The notes beneath the pieces are model-generated. The model was not told the DNA's origin. It saw only the letters and a program-made list of their open reading frames with translations, and ran no database searches. Positions 12,872 through 27,366 of a stretch of 64,000 nucleotides of DNA are shown here, in pieces. Source of the DNA: the human T2T-CHM13v2.0 reference genome, Homo sapiens. Every line of letters begins with the position of its first letter. Positions within the stretch are counted from its first letter, which is position 1. The stretch lies in assembly GCF_009914755.1 (NCBI RefSeq), contig NC_060934.1; one strand, given 5' to 3'. Both the position numbers and the translations under genes were made by a program.

Positions 12872-14860
12872 AAATCAAAAACATTTTCATATATACCAGA
12901 GTACTGTAAAATCTAGGTTTTTTTCAACATTAGCAGTAAATTGAGCACTGTTTACTGTTTCATTGTACCATGAAACCATTTGATTTTTACCCATTTTAAA
13001 TGTGTTTCTGAAGCAAGACAAAACAAACTTCCAAAAATACCCTTAAGACTGTGATGAGAGCATTTATCATTTTGTATGCATTGAGAAAGACATTTATTAT
13101 GGTTTTTAAGATACTTGGACATCTGCATCTTCAGCTTACAAGATCTACAATGCAGCTGAAAAGCAACCAAATTATTTTTTGCTGAAACTAGATGTTTTTA
13201 CATGAGAAATACTGTATGTGTTGTCTAAGATGTCAGTTTTATAAATCTGTATTCAGATTTCATTCTTTGTTAGCTCACTTTATAATTTGTATTTTTTTAC
13301 TGTATAGACTAAATATATTCTATTTACATGTATGTCAACTCATTACTTTTTTCCTGTGAACAGTATTGAAAAACCCCAACGGCTGATAATTAAGTGAATT
13401 AACTGTGTCTCCCTTGTCTTAGGATATTCTGTAGATTGATTGCAGATTTCTTAAATCTGAAATGATCTTTACACTGTAATTCTCAGCATACTGATTATGG
13501 AGAAACACTTGTTTTGATTTTGTTATACTTGACTTAACTTTATTGCAATGTGAATTAATTGCACTGCTAAGTAGGAAGATGTGTAACTTTTATTTGTTGC
13601 TATTCACATTTGAATTTTTTCCTGTATAGGCAATATTATATTGACACCTTTTACAGATCTTACTGTAGCTTTTTCCATATAAATAAAATGCTTTTTCTAC
13701 TATTTGTCTTGATTACTTAAAAAAATAAAAATATAAGTAAGGATCAAAACTCTAAAATTTTGCATGAAAATTACATCCAAATTGTGAAAATCAGATCTAT
13801 TTTGTTTGCCATTAGTCACCATTAGTTATATAAATTTTATTGTTTTAGGTTAGTATCTCTTTACTAAATTGTCAGTCTATAAGATAATATATGTTGATCC
13901 CTTGCTGTAGAGGAGAATTTAGAGTAATTTGGGGTTTGTCTTGGATTATATCTAAATGGATTATTTGTTAAAAGTACTGAAATGAGTATAAGGCAGTATC
14001 ACCCATCCAAAAGAAAGGTCTTTATAGACCTGCACAGTCACTAGATTAATTCATTAAAATGCCCCCACCCTGATGTAATTGACATTACATTTCTTAACAT
14101 TTTAAAATCTAGAATTTCTAAAATGGAATTTAATGCCATCACAATTTGAAAAACTTTTTTTTTTTTTTTACTATAGAAGTTACAAAGGAAGTTCTAAAAT
14201 TATGCCTCCCTCTGTTTTTATAAGTTGCCATCGAAAAGTGATTTAAATAAGCAGGTTATCTTTATAGATTTTAAAGAAAACTAGAAAGTTTTAATGTTTT
14301 AACTTGGGGAAAAATACATCTCTTTAATGTTTAGCATGCTTGTCAACCTTGAGTGAGTGTCATTTTTAAGAACAGTTGTAGCCCTTCTGATTATTGCAGT
14401 AGCTGTAGAAGTATGTAAGAATATGTGATGGGTGTAGTCATTAGCAAAGCATTTAAATCACTTGAGTATTTTGTCATGGTTCATTATTATTAAAGCACAA
14501 AATAACCTATTGTTAGAAAATATGTGTTTTTATAAATGAATGTAAAATAATTAAATGAATTGTGAAATGGATGTTTAAGAAAATATAGGCTTAAAAAGTA
14601 AATCTATAAAATGATGTCTTAAAACAGCCATATCATGAAAAATTCTACTTAGCTATATTATTATAAGCTACATTTGCCCTGAATTTGAACACTCAACATC
14701 ACTAGATTTAAATATTTAGTATATTTTGATAGTAAAGGGTTTTGTTTCTTGAATATCTTCACTTTAAACAAAAAAAAAAACAACTTTCATTTGTGTGGCA
14801 TTTATTTTTGGAAGTGTCTTCTTTTTTTTCTTTATTAAAGTTTTTGAAACTTGCCTAACT
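12872..14860 (+). other. UBE2D1: UBE2D1 3' UTR with candidate poly(A) signals AATAAA 13682-13687, AATAAA 13724-13729 and ATTAAA 14834-14839
   Basis: AU-rich, repeat-free sequence after the stop; hexamers read directly; 3' end inferred. Confidence 0.65.
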
Positions 14861-16719
14861 TGTTTGCCTTTGCTTACATCTGGATTGTACTGGACTTGAG
14901 GAGTAAGCAGAAGTTCTCATAATTAGCTAAAAACCTTGAGTTCCATAGTGGCGTCATGATCGGTCAGAACACCATTTTGGGTATATTATTTTTGCTTAAC
15001 TCTAACAAGGAGAACATCAGTTACCTTTTAAAACTGTAGAATAAAAGTCAGGGCCTTTTGTGGATTAAGCATTAATTTAAGGACTTCCTTGGAGTGAGAG
15101 AAATAGGTAGTCTTTTGGGGATTTAGGATCCCACTTCTTGAAGTTGCATAGTTGAAAACCATGTTCAAATTGGATTCTGAACGCTTATAACTGCCATATA
15201 CAGCAGTTACCCACATCAGTGACATGGGTTGTAAGGGGCAGCCTCACCACCATCCTCCAACTATCTCAAAAGCGTACAATTCCTGAAGTACAAGCTTTAC
15301 ATATATGCCTCCGTCAACCTTATTTATTAATTTTTGCATTATTTCCCTGTTTCACCCCTTTTAAACGCTGATAGGGAAAATTAAAAATTATAAATGAACT
15401 ACATATCAAGGACAACTCTAAGAGTTAACGTTCAAAAGTTACTTTTCATAAGAAAAAAATAATACATTGCAGTTTTAAATTTTTCTTATTTATCACAGTG
15501 ATCTATCTAATGATTCAGTCATTGATGTTTGTCAAGATCCTGCTCTCCCACAGTTCTGTATTTTTTAAATGGAGAGATTAAGGAAATTAATTTTCCTCCC
15601 AAATTAAAAGAAATTATTGGTCATGAAACTATATCATGTCTGTTTATTGGTAGTCATTTTGAACTGTACAAAAGCCCAGCCCAGTTGATAATGCTTTAAA
15701 ATTTGAGCTCTGCAGTAGAATCATCAGTCCTGTTACTCTATCTTCTTAGGACCAGCCATGAAAAATGTGATCAGTGCTTTAGCCATGGCCATAAAAACAG
15801 AGCTTCATTGTATTCAGATTGTTGAAAGTACTGTTTATCTTTGTTTGTTTCAGTCTTTTAAGTGATTATTACTACAATAAAAAATCTGATTTTTAAAAAA
15901 TTAGTTTTATCACTTTTCAGCTGTAAAGTAGGATTTTCACAATTTTTTTTTCTTTAAAGCAGAGGCTTAATCACAATTTAATAGCTGTAAAATGTAATGC
16001 AGATTATTTATGAAAGGTCTTATAATGCTTCTCTTTTATTCTGATGGTTGTGTTGCACAAATAGGGCAGCAGGTAGAGTCTCATCTAATTTCACTTACAA
16101 AAGTTCTTATAGGTAGATAACTAGTCATTTCTACTCTCTCTGTTTTTGAACTGAGTAATGTGTCTGTAAGCTCTTCTTAAACTGTGTAATTAATATGTTT
16201 TCCCTAGTTTTTTTCAGTAGTGGTGATAACTGAAAATTTGTAGACGGCTGATAGTGTCCTGGTGACAGCCTAATAGATGTTATATCCTTATTTGTATTTT
16301 GTTACATTTACAATTCTGCTCCCATTATCCTGTTATATAAGAATGTGGCTTTAAATTGTAAATGAACTGAACTAATAGGAAGAGAGAAAATTCACCTGAG
16401 AGTATTAGTATTGGGGGGCATTTTATGTAATAAGAAACATTTCTCTAAAAACTTGGTTAGCACTCTCTTAGGTCCTACTGTTGTCGAGGGAGAGATGTGC
16501 CTTTCTTCTCTCAGAGGAGGTTGCTTTTATTATACTGGCATATGCTGAAGGTCTGAACTCTGCTTTCCTCATATAATTTACTTGGCAGGAAAAACTGTTA
16601 AGATCTCTTGAGTGCAAAAGATCACCATGAATTGCATATGAAATATTTCAGTATAAACTCTTAATATACATATTGTGGGAACAGTTGTGATACCACTTGT
16701 GTTAGCACTTTTGGTACAC

Positions 16720-17222
16720 TTGTTTTGGCAGTCCCACACATTCAACGTGTGGATAGAAGAATGCACAGGACCCAACATACCATCATACTCAACAGTTAAG
16801 ATTTATTACAGCCACCTGGCAAGGATACACAGTGGGGGCAGTAAGGGGGAAAGACAGACCAGGCAGTCTGGAGGAATCCACGTGCAGGCTCCCTGTGCTC
16901 TCCCTGAAGGGGCCACAAGAGTGAAGCCTTCCTCTAGTAGTAGCATGGGCATAGTGTTTCTGCCCTAGGATGCTAGTGTGAAACGCAAAGTCCAGGGTTT
17001 TTATTGGGGGCTAATCACATAAGCATCCTTTGTTTTCCAAAATTCTAGTCTTCTAGAAGGAAAGCAGGTGTTCACCATAAATCACATTGTTTATTTAAGA
17101 AGTCTAGTCAGGCTAGCACAGCAAGCACATCTTATCACTCAGGGATGGTTTCAGAAGCCAGGTTTCTAGATGTCAGCCAAGGGCAAACCTTGTAAACAGG
17201 CCATTCTAAAGATCAGGCCTGT
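16720..17222. mobile_element. MER21-family LTR remnant
   Basis: agaaggaaagcaggtgttca.cataaa.cacattgttt...cagccaaggg..aaccttg.aa.caggcc.ttctaa resembles the MER21 consensus. Confidence 0.6.
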
Positions 17223-17560
17223 ATAATTTGTTAAAAAAACTATTCTTTCCCTTTGAATGGCCTTAGTACCCTTGTTGGAAACCAACTGACCATAGAGGTT
17301 TATTTCTGGTCTCTCAGTTCCATTCCATCAATCAATATGCCTTATCCCAGTATGACACTGTTTTGCTTACTGTAACTTTGTAGTAGCTTTTGAAATGGGG
17401 AAGTGTGTGCCCTCCAACTCTGTTCTTTCACAGTACTGTTTTGACTATTCAGGCCCCTTGTAATTCCGTATGTATTTTAGGGTAAGATTTGCCATTTGTC
17501 CTGAGATTTAATTGGGATTTATTGAATCTGTAGAGCAATTTTGGTAAAGTTGACATTTTT

Positions 17561-18040
17561 TGTTCTGGTTATCTACTGCTGAACAACAAACCACCCCAAG
17601 CTAAGTAGTGTCAAAGAACAACCATTTCTTTATGCGCATGGATTCTGTTGGGTCAAGAATTGGGCTGAGGCACGGGAGGGATAGCTTGTCTACTCCCCTG
17701 TACTTAGGTTCTTGGCTCAGGATGACTCAGATGGCTTGAGGCTGGAAGCATTTGGAGGTTTCTCCACTCATACGTTGGCACCAGGACAGGTATTATATTC
17801 TAGGTCACTTATTAATGGCCTTTCTATGTGGTTTGATCTTTGCACAAGATGGCTGCCCACTTCCAAGAGGGAGCAGTTGGAGATAAGTGTTCCAAGAGAA
17901 TGAGGAGTAAGCTGCCTTTTTAAGTGATCTAGCTTTTGAAGTCAGAGATTGTGTAGTTCATTGGATGAAACAGTCACAAGCTCACTCAAATTCAAGGAAA
18001 GTGGACATAGACCCTTACTTTTCCTTGGGAAACAATTTGG
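17561..18040. mobile_element. MLT1-family (MaLR) LTR inserted into old L1
   Basis: Starts tgttctggttatctactgctg.acaacaaaccaccccaa; ggattctg.tgggtcaagaatt. Confidence 0.6.
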
Positions 18041-20956
18041 GGTCACTAATATGTCTTACTGACTAGTCTTTCCAATGTACATGAATCACTCAATGTACTT
18101 AGGTGGTCTTTAATTTCTAATTGTCATTGTTTTATAGGGTAATTGTTTTAATTGTTTTGTAATTCTCTGTGTAGAGGTCTTGCACGTTTTTCACTGGATT
18201 CATTCCTATGTATCAAGTTTTTAAAACCTATTATAAAATTATTTTTCATTTCATTTCATATTTATATATTATTTATAGAAAAGCAATTTATATTCATCTT
18301 ATATCCTGCAACCTTGCTAAATTTACTTTTTAAAAGTTTGTACAATTCTAAAGTTTTAGTTTTCTATACTTACTTATAATCATGTCAGCTGCAGATAGAG
18401 ATGATTTTATTCAAATCTTTATGCCACATTTCTTTTTTTTGCCCTTTGTTGCATTAGCCTGAGCTCCAATATCATGCTGAATAGAAATAGTAATAGCAAA
18501 CATCCTTTCTTGATTTCCAAGGGAAAGCTCTTACATGTCAGTATTAACAATGGTGTTCCTTTCATATCAAGGAAGTTTTCTATTCCTAGTTCTTAAAGCA
18601 TTTTTATTACTATTGAGTTACAAGTTGAATTTAATGCTTTTTCTTCATTTATCAAGATTATTGTGATTTTTATCCTTTTCTTTGATTAATGTAGTGTGAT
18701 GAACTACACTAACTGATGTTCACCTGTTAAATTATCCTTACATTTCTGGATAGAAACCCACTTTGAGATGTATTTATCTTCCTTACAAACCACTAGATTC
18801 TATCTGCAAATTTTTTTGAGGATTTTTGCAACTGTGTTCATGGGACGAGTTGGTCCATAATTTCCTTTATTGAATATTGTTGTCAATTTCATACCTCAGG
18901 TTATGCTGGGCTCATAAAAACAGTGAAGAAACATTTCCTTTGTTCTCTGGAAGAGTTTGTAGAAGATTTGTGCTATTTTTTCCTTAAATACTTTGAAGAA
19001 TATTCTGAAGGCATCATGTCTAGAGTTTTTTTGTTGTGGTGGTGGTTATGGGAAGATTTTAATAATAAATTATATCTTATATATGGACTAGATATATTTT
19101 TATTACTCAGTTTTGTGTTTTTCAAGGAATTTCTGCATTTTATCTAAATCGTTGATCTATTTGGCATAGAGTTGTTCATGATATCCTCGTCTTTTTGAAG
19201 GTAATATGTATCTGCAGTCATACATATCTCCTCACAATTTTTTTCCTTGGTGAGTCTTGCTAGAAGACTATCAACTTTATTAATCTTTCAGAGAATCAGT
19301 ATTTTATTTTTTAAAATTTCTTTTGTACATTTGTTTTCTGTTTCATTGATTTATATTATTTATGTTTTCTTTAGTTTTTGATTTTGATTCATTTTTTGTA
19401 GCTTCTTGAGGTTGAAACATAATTTTTAAAAACCTTCCTTCTTTTCTAATATATGTATTTAAAACTATATGTTTACCCCTAAGTACCACTTTAGCTACAT
19501 CCTACAAGTTTCGAAATATCGTATCTACATTGTCATTCAGTTAAAAATATTTTCTAATTCTTGTTTGGATTTTTTTATTCACTTATGAGTTATATATAAG
19601 GATACATTGTTTTATTTCCAGGCAATTGGGCTTTTTTTTTTTAAGTTAAATTTTTGCTATTGATTTCTAGCTTAATTTCTCCATGGCCAGAAAACATAAT
19701 ATGAATAGTTTCAATTCTTTGAAATTTGCTGAAGCTTGCTTCATGGCCCAGCATATGGAAATTATGATAAATGTATCATATACATTTGAAAATAATATGG
19801 ATTGTTATTATTAGATTCAGTGTTTATATGTGCTAATTAGATCAAGTTTGTTAATTGTGTTTATAATTTTTATTTGCTTGTTCTCACAGCCATTAAGGGA
19901 GATACGTTAAAAAGTTTCCCATTATGATTGTGAAATTGTCTGTTTTATTTTTGCCTTATATATTTTGAAATCATATTCTTGGATACTCTCTCTTACACAC
20001 ACACATAAAATTGTGATATCACATTAAGAAATGTCTCTATCTGTATTAATGCTTTTGCCTTAAACTCCACTTTATCTAATATTAGTATGGTTTCTTTTGG
20101 CTAGTATTTGCAGTGTATATCTTTTTCTATTCTTTAATTTTTGATCTTTCTGTGTCCCTTTTTAAATGTGTGTCTCCAGTACTCATTTCAAAGTTGGGTT
20201 CTATTTAATTTGGTTTTTATCTAATCTGACCATGTTAGTATTTCAATTAGAGAATTTCATTCTTTTGCATTTAAAGGAATTACTGATATAGTTGGGTTTA
20301 TACCAACTGTGTTCCCAATTTTGTTTTTTTTTCTTCTTAACCATGTTTTATTTTTTTCACCTTTCTTTTTTCCTTCTTTTGGGTTTTTCAGTTTTTATAA
20401 CAGTATCATTTTCTTTCCCTCTGATAACTTGTTAGACATTCTTTGTGCATGTGATTACTCTAAATTAAAAGATCTATCTCTGATTATAGTTTAATATGAA
20501 TTATTGCTTGTACCATTTTTCCCTATAATGTGAAAACTTTAGACCACCTGGATTCCATTGTCTCTTTCCCACCTTTGCTGTATTATTATTGTCATGTATT
20601 TTAATTTGACATATATGTGAAATTCCACAAGACACTGATGTTTTGTATGTCAGTATCATTATACCTACCTCCGATTTTACTTTTTCCAGTATTCATTGCT
20701 TTCCTGTTTCCATATGGGATCATTTACCTTTTAACTAAACAACTCCGTTTAGAATTTTGTTTAGTGTACATCTTCTGGTGACAAATACTCGCTTGGTTTT
20801 GCTTTTCTGAAATGTTTTTATTTTGCCTTCATTTTTACAGGATATTTTTACTGGGAATAGAATTCTGGATGGGTATTTTCTTTTCAGCAATTTAAAGATG
20901 TCATTCCATTGTGTTCTGGATTCCATAATTTATTGAAAGGTCAGCTATTATTAGTC

Positions 20957-21253
20957 TTTTTTTTTTTTTTTTGAGACGGAGTCTTGCTCTGTTACCCAGG
21001 CTGGAGTGTAGTAGTGTGATATCGGCTCACTGCAACCTCTGCCTCCCGGGTTCAAGCAATTCTTCTGCCTCAGCCGCCTGAGTAGCTGGGGATTACAGGT
21101 GCCTGCCACCACACCTGGCTAATTTTCGTATTTTTAATAGAGAAGGGGTTTCACCATATTGGCCAGGCTGTTCTCAAACTCCTGACCTCGTGATCCACCT
21201 GCCTTGGCCTCCCAAAGTGCTGGGATTACAGGTGTGAGCCACCGCGCCTGGCC
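20957..21253 (-). mobile_element. AluS-type element with TSD TTATTAGTCTT (20948-20958 / 21254-21264)
   Basis: Full dimer, poly-T, perfect TSD. Confidence 0.95.
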
Positions 21254-24200
21254 TTATTAGTCTTACTGCCTTTTTAAAAGTAATATGCCTATTTTCTCTG
21301 ACTGCTTTTAAGATTATCTTTTTTATTTTTAGCAGTTTTATGACGGTGTTACGAGGTGTAGTTTTCTTTGTCTTTATCCTGCTTGAGGTTCACAGAGCTT
21401 CTTGAATCTGTGGGTTGATATATTTTCATCAGTTCTAGAAAATCTCAGCCATTATTTTATGGAATATTGCTTCTGCCCCATTCTATTTCTCCCCTTTAGG
21501 GCCCCAGTATAAAAAATATATATTTGATCTTTTGACTGTATCCAACATGTTTTCAAACCTATTTTCCGTGTTTTCCTTTTTTCCCCTCTTTGTCCTTCTG
21601 TGCATCAGTTTTGTATTGACCTTTTTTCCAGTTCATTAATCCTATCTCCTGCTTTTTCAATATGCTTTTAAACCCATCAACTCCATTTCAGACATTATGG
21701 TTAATTCCAGGTTTATTTTTCAGTTCTAAGTTACCATTTGATTTTTTAAACATATTTTAGTTTTTTGATGAGTTCCTAAATTGTTTTATTTTTTGTCCAT
21801 ATTTTTCTCTAGTTTTTGAAGTTCTTAATCACAGTTATTTAAGTCTTTGCTAACTCTAGTATCTGAGTTACCTGTGGGTCTGTTTTTATTGAATGCCAGA
21901 CATTGTGCAAAAAAAACCTGTGAAAACTCATGATGTTTTCTTCCACCAGAGAGGTTACATCGTGTGCTCGGCTAGTCAAATAGAGTGTGAAGATGACCAC
22001 TTTAATGCAATCAGGACCTGTGCTTAGTTGAGGCTGGCTTGCAGTTTTATTAGACCCAAACTGTGTCTAGTTTATCTTTGTTCATAGTGCATAACCCTCT
22101 TCAACTGTCTTTGTTTCTCAGCACAGACAGGCTATAGGAAATTCCACCTTGCTTTTCAGTATTTTTGATTCACAGTTTTAGCCTATTGCTCCTGGGAGAT
22201 TCATACTTTGGCAAACATCTTGAGCAAGCAACCCGCTGTCTCTAAAGCCCTTCAAATCTGTAATTATGTTACATTTGCTGTATGCAACCACCAGACTACT
22301 ACTGGTTCTAATGTCATGAACAGTCATAAGGGATCAAGCTCGAATCCTGAGCCTTTAGCCACATCCAAATCAACAAGTGCTGCAGGGAGAAGAGAGGATG
22401 TAAATCATTGGTGTTAGTTTAGTTCACAACTTCAGTCTTTTTGCTTCTAGGCTGTTCTTTGGGGTCTCCTTCCTCTGTCAGGCTGTTGTCTTCTCAATAC
22501 TAAGAGAAGAAAATTACACTATATTTTTTTTCAGAAATTTAGCTCTTTAGCCTCCTACCCAACAAAATTAAAACTTTGGCTCTTACTTGAGGGGGAAACT
22601 AGTTGTATGTTGAGGTTCCTTAAGTCTCTAGTTTTGTCACTCCAGCTCTGTGCAACCACAAAAAACTCTGTCCTTCAGCAGTGCTCCTCTGCCTGCATAA
22701 AGCCCAAATTCTCAGCCTCTAACCTGTACTCCAGGAGAAAAATGACCACAGATACTCAGCTCACCTCTGAAAGTCTCATGACTTCTGCAGCTCTCTCACA
22801 CTTTCTCAATTATAAGGTTTTATTTTATGCAGCTCTTCTGATTCTCAGTGGAATTTCTTGAAGCAGAAATCTCTACCTCTTCATTTTTTGATGGTACTAC
22901 CACAACATCCTATCTTTTCCCTACCCTCAAGTCCATCATCCACAGAAGTGTGAAAGTATTCTAACCCCAAATCTGATCTTGTGGGTTATCAGCTTTAACA
23001 TTTTTAAATAGTTCCCCACAGACTCAGCAGTGGTTTTGCAGAGGGACCTACAGAAAAAAGAAGGGAGATGCTAATGGTTTAGCCTTTGGACCCTGACTTT
23101 AACTTGGACCCACTTATAACTTCAAACAGTGAAGCTCATTTTTATCTGATACGTATATCAGGACCCTTTGGGTTCTCAGGTTCTTTCCCCTTGTTTAAAT
23201 CATGAACCAACAGAATAAAGTATCAAGTCCTTAAGACTCTTGTGGTAAATTTTAGCTTGCATCTCCAGTCTCATCTGCCATTCCCGACTCCCACCAAACT
23301 GCCTGCAGTTCTCACTGGATCCCAACCTCTCCCCACTTCCAGTATAGAATGGTGCTTCTCATTCTCAGATTTTGGTCAAATTGTACATTCCGCTCAAAAT
23401 GCCCTCTTTCCCTATCCTTTAAATCTCTAATTTTTATGTCACTCCTTTTCTTAGCTGTTGAGGTAATAATAGTTCTCATCAATGTTACCATGATTCCCAG
23501 TGTGCATCTTTATGCTTGCTGGGATCTACAGTGTCTGGCACACAAGTACTTAAATAGTTGTTCACTAAACAAATGAATGAACTAGGCTTTGGAAGATACT
23601 TAGGGTTCTAATTGGCATATTTAAGTAGGGAAGGCATTAATGAAAACAGGAGAAGCCAAACAAAGGTAATAAAGTAGAAATAAGTGAGAATGGCACTGGC
23701 AGTCCATGTGCAATGAATGAGAGAAAAGATTAGGTGGAGAACATAGATCTGCTGGATATGAAATCTTGGTTCGATAGCAAGTAAGAAGTGTGTAAGTTTT
23801 TAACCAGCCAAATGATATAATGAAAGCATTTGCTTGGGGATATTCACTTAGCAGAGTATGCAATTGGAATTGGAATAGTCTATCAAGGTAGAATCCTTAA
23901 AGTCATTCTTGTGTTCTATGTACTTAACCAGTCAATGGAATCTTGCCCATTATACTTAGGCCTTTGGAGTATGAGCCATGGCACCATGTTACTTCAGAAT
24001 CTCAGACCCTCTTTCCTGGATTACAGCAACAGTCTTCTCACACCCATCATTCTCTGTGCTCCTACTAAAGGGATTTTTATAAAAACAACTTAATTGTGCC
24101 TGTAACCTGCCTAAAAAGTTGTTTGGCTATATTTTCCTAACAAACTTAAATTATACATAGTCCTTTACAACCCAACCCCACTCAAATTTAAAGAGGTTTG

Positions 24201-24416
24201 TTTCATACCACTCCTTTTCACATATACCATGCCCTCATAAATATCTGTGACTTGCACATACTGTTTTCCTTTTCTGGAAGGCATCTCAACCTTTCCCCAC
24301 TCGAAAAAACAGTTCAAATGTCACCTACTCTATGAAGCCATCCCCTGCTTTCCCAGGTAAATTTAAATGGATGATCGGGCCTTAATCGTATTTGTATGTA
24401 TTATTTATTTATTTTA

Positions 24417-24925
24417 TGGAGACGGGGGTCTCACTGTGTTGCTTAGGCTGGTCTCGAATTCCTGGGCTCAAGTGATCCTCCCCCGTGAGCCACTGCACCC
24501 AACCATATGTACTTTTAGAACTTAGCACAGTGTCTGGCACAGTATTGGCCTCTCCTAGGAACTGAGTTTTTAAAAAATTATCACTAAAAGATGAATATTA
24601 CTATTGTGTTTTACAAGAAGACTAAGATAATATATAAATTAAAAAATGAGTACCACCCATGCACTCCTGCAATACTCAGATACAATCACTATTAAACCAA
24701 ATTTTGTGTACTATTCTGCACTCTTACTTTTGCACGCACACTCATGCATATGTGTATGTGTAGTTCTTTAAATTCAAACCTATGTTTTTGGGTGACTGAA
24801 TACTTTTTAAGAGAAAGGGTCTTGCTATGTTGCCCAAGCTAGATTCAAACTTCTGGGCTCAAGCAATCCTCCTGCTTCAGCCTCCCAAGTAACTGGGACT
24901 ACAGGCATGTGCCATTGCCCTGGCT
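24417..24925 (-). mobile_element. Two antisense Alu monomer fragments (about 24417-24505 and 24810-24925)
   Basis: ggtctc.ct.tgttgc..aggctgg...ctgggctcaag..atcctcc. Confidence 0.8.
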
Positions 24926-27199
24926 TAAGATATTATTTTAGTAAGCCACTCAGATAAATAAGAAAGCATTTATGGGGACTGGAAATAATAGAATGTGAGC
25001 AGGTGTTTAAGAAAACTACCGCTTCATGACTGATTTACCTATCCTGTATCTACGTAGAGTCATATATAACTTCAAAGCTGCAAACTGTGGATTCAGAGGT
25101 GGCAATTTTTGTTATTAACATGCTAACAAGGAAGATATCCTTCCTATTATTTATACAGTTTTCATAGCTGTACAGTAGAAATCATAGCACCTTAGAGGAT
25201 TTATGAAAGGATTAGTGATAATGTATGTAAAATACTTGGCATGTAGTTTAGCAATAAATTATAATTATTACCATTTGTATTGATCAGATACTTTACCGTG
25301 GTATGAGGGCAGACACATTATATTGTCCTATTAACAGCATTATTCCTTCAATACAATCATTCTGGATTTCTTCCGATCTTTAAGTTAGCTTTCAGTAATA
25401 TGAAGTCAGCTTTCAGTAACATCCAGTAATATGAATTGGGGTATTATACATTTGCATAAAATTATAGCTGTTCTTTTTGCTTGTCCTACCTCCTGCTGAC
25501 TCATAGAATCAGCTTTAAAATAGACAAGCTACATTTATTTTTTGTAATGCTGCTACAGCAATGGCTTAAAATAATTCTGATATGCCCTTAATAATTAAGG
25601 CTGCATGCAGACTTTGTTCTAATTGAGAAATATTTCACAGATAATAATAATTTCGGGTAGCTGGGAACTATTAACATGCAACAGGTCTTTCTTCTAATTT
25701 CTCTATTTCTCTTTCCCTTCCTTCTTTTTGTATATTGATTTTAAAGGCAAACTCCAGTGGCATGAAAACAGACTCTATGTCAATAAAAATGGTTTGAAAG
25801 AAAAAATTATACAAGTAGTTTTCCATACATAATTTATTAAAATCTTGACTCACAGAAAAAATAAGCTAGGAGATATTCAAGGTGTAAAATTTTTTCTCAT
25901 TGCTGCAATGCACTGTTATACTTTTATTCCTTTTGTGTCTTTATGCTTTGTTCCCCCAATCACAGTGTCAGCTCTTTGGGGCAGGATCAATATCTTATGC
26001 TTTTTGTGCCCCTTTCAAGTGCTTATCACAGTGCTTTGTAATTGCTTATGAGGAAATTGTCTTTAAATGTGGTGTCCATAGTATGATCTTATTTCCAGAG
26101 ATATTTTACTTACAAGTTCAGAATCACATCTATTTATCCTGCTAAAACCTATTAGGTAATTGCTCCTGTTGTAGCTAAATTATTTATCTATTATAATTAC
26201 AAAAGCCAAGACTGCTTTCTCTTAGCAACATTTTTTCTTCATTTGAGTGATATCTGTGCATCTAACTCCATTATTCAGCAGGGAATTATCCAGGTTTCTG
26301 GCTGCTCCTGCTGTTTATTGGCACTACCTTCTGCTTTACCAATGTGCAAGTATCAATGAACCATAATCATTACTTTCATGTGTATATATATTTCAGAATT
26401 TTACATGGTTTCCATCTCCACACACTGGCAAATGTGTCCTTCTATTGGCAAATGACACTTTTAACAGGTAGTTGTTCTCTATGGGGCTAAATTTATATAT
26501 AAATAATTTGTGCAGATGCTAATCTTTTCACACTATTCATCTCTCTCTGTGTATCTATATGTCTGTCTGTCATCTATTATCTATCTATCTATATATCTGT
26601 CAGTTCACCTATCCATCCGTTTGTCCCTTCATCCATCTATCATGCTCAGTGTACTGTGCTAGGTACAATAGGGGATAAAAGAAGGCATAAGATTTAGTCT
26701 TTTCCTAATATAACTTACCATCTATTGTGGAAAAAAATATGTATACTTAGAGAAAAAGATCAGAAACCAGAGTGGTACATGATGTCACAAGTAAGTGATG
26801 TGAGCTCACACACTATAGATGATCCACTAAAGATATTTTGGGCTGGAATGATGTGGCATGTTCACTGAGTCTGAGTGATCTGATACAAACGAAAAGCACA
26901 GGACAATGAATTGCAATTTTTACCTACACAACTTACTGTTGGAAGCTTATGAGTTGGGCTTTCTGAACTTCATTTTTCTCATCTGGAAATTGGGAATAAT
27001 GATCATGACAATACCTTCTCTACCTTTTCCTTTGATATTTGAATCATACAGTCAAATAAAGTTATTTAAAAATTTCTGAAAATATTAAAGTGCAATCCAA
27101 CTTCAGGGTGTGTTGTTTTAATTTTTCATCAACTACCACAATGTTTCTGCTCAAATATTACTAATTTAAGAAATATTAAAAGTTCAACAGGAAGAAAGG

Positions 27200-27366
27200 A
27201 GCAATGCTGGTTATGTAATATGTACGTTTGCATGTTAACAGGAAAAGAAAAATTTGTCAGTAGCATGAAATCTGCCAATGGTGGGAGTATTTACACCATA
27301 GAACTCAGCAAACACCACAAATTGGGGCTTTCTTTTTTGGAGAGCTATTTACCAGCATATTACTGG
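27200..27366. mobile_element. MER63-like hAT DNA transposon remnant
   Basis: atggtgggagtatttacacca.agaa.tc.gcaaac...acaaat..gggcttt...ggagagc...tttaccagca.a..actg. Confidence 0.6.

Larger units (their letters stand above)
17230..21900 (-). mobile_element. Long degenerate L1M element (ORF2 and ORF1 remnants), interrupted by MLT1 and an Alu
   Basis: T-rich antisense L1 texture; 20735-20926(-) gives ORF1-like MESRTQWNDIFKLLK..PSRILFPVKISCKNEGKIKTF. Confidence 0.75.
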
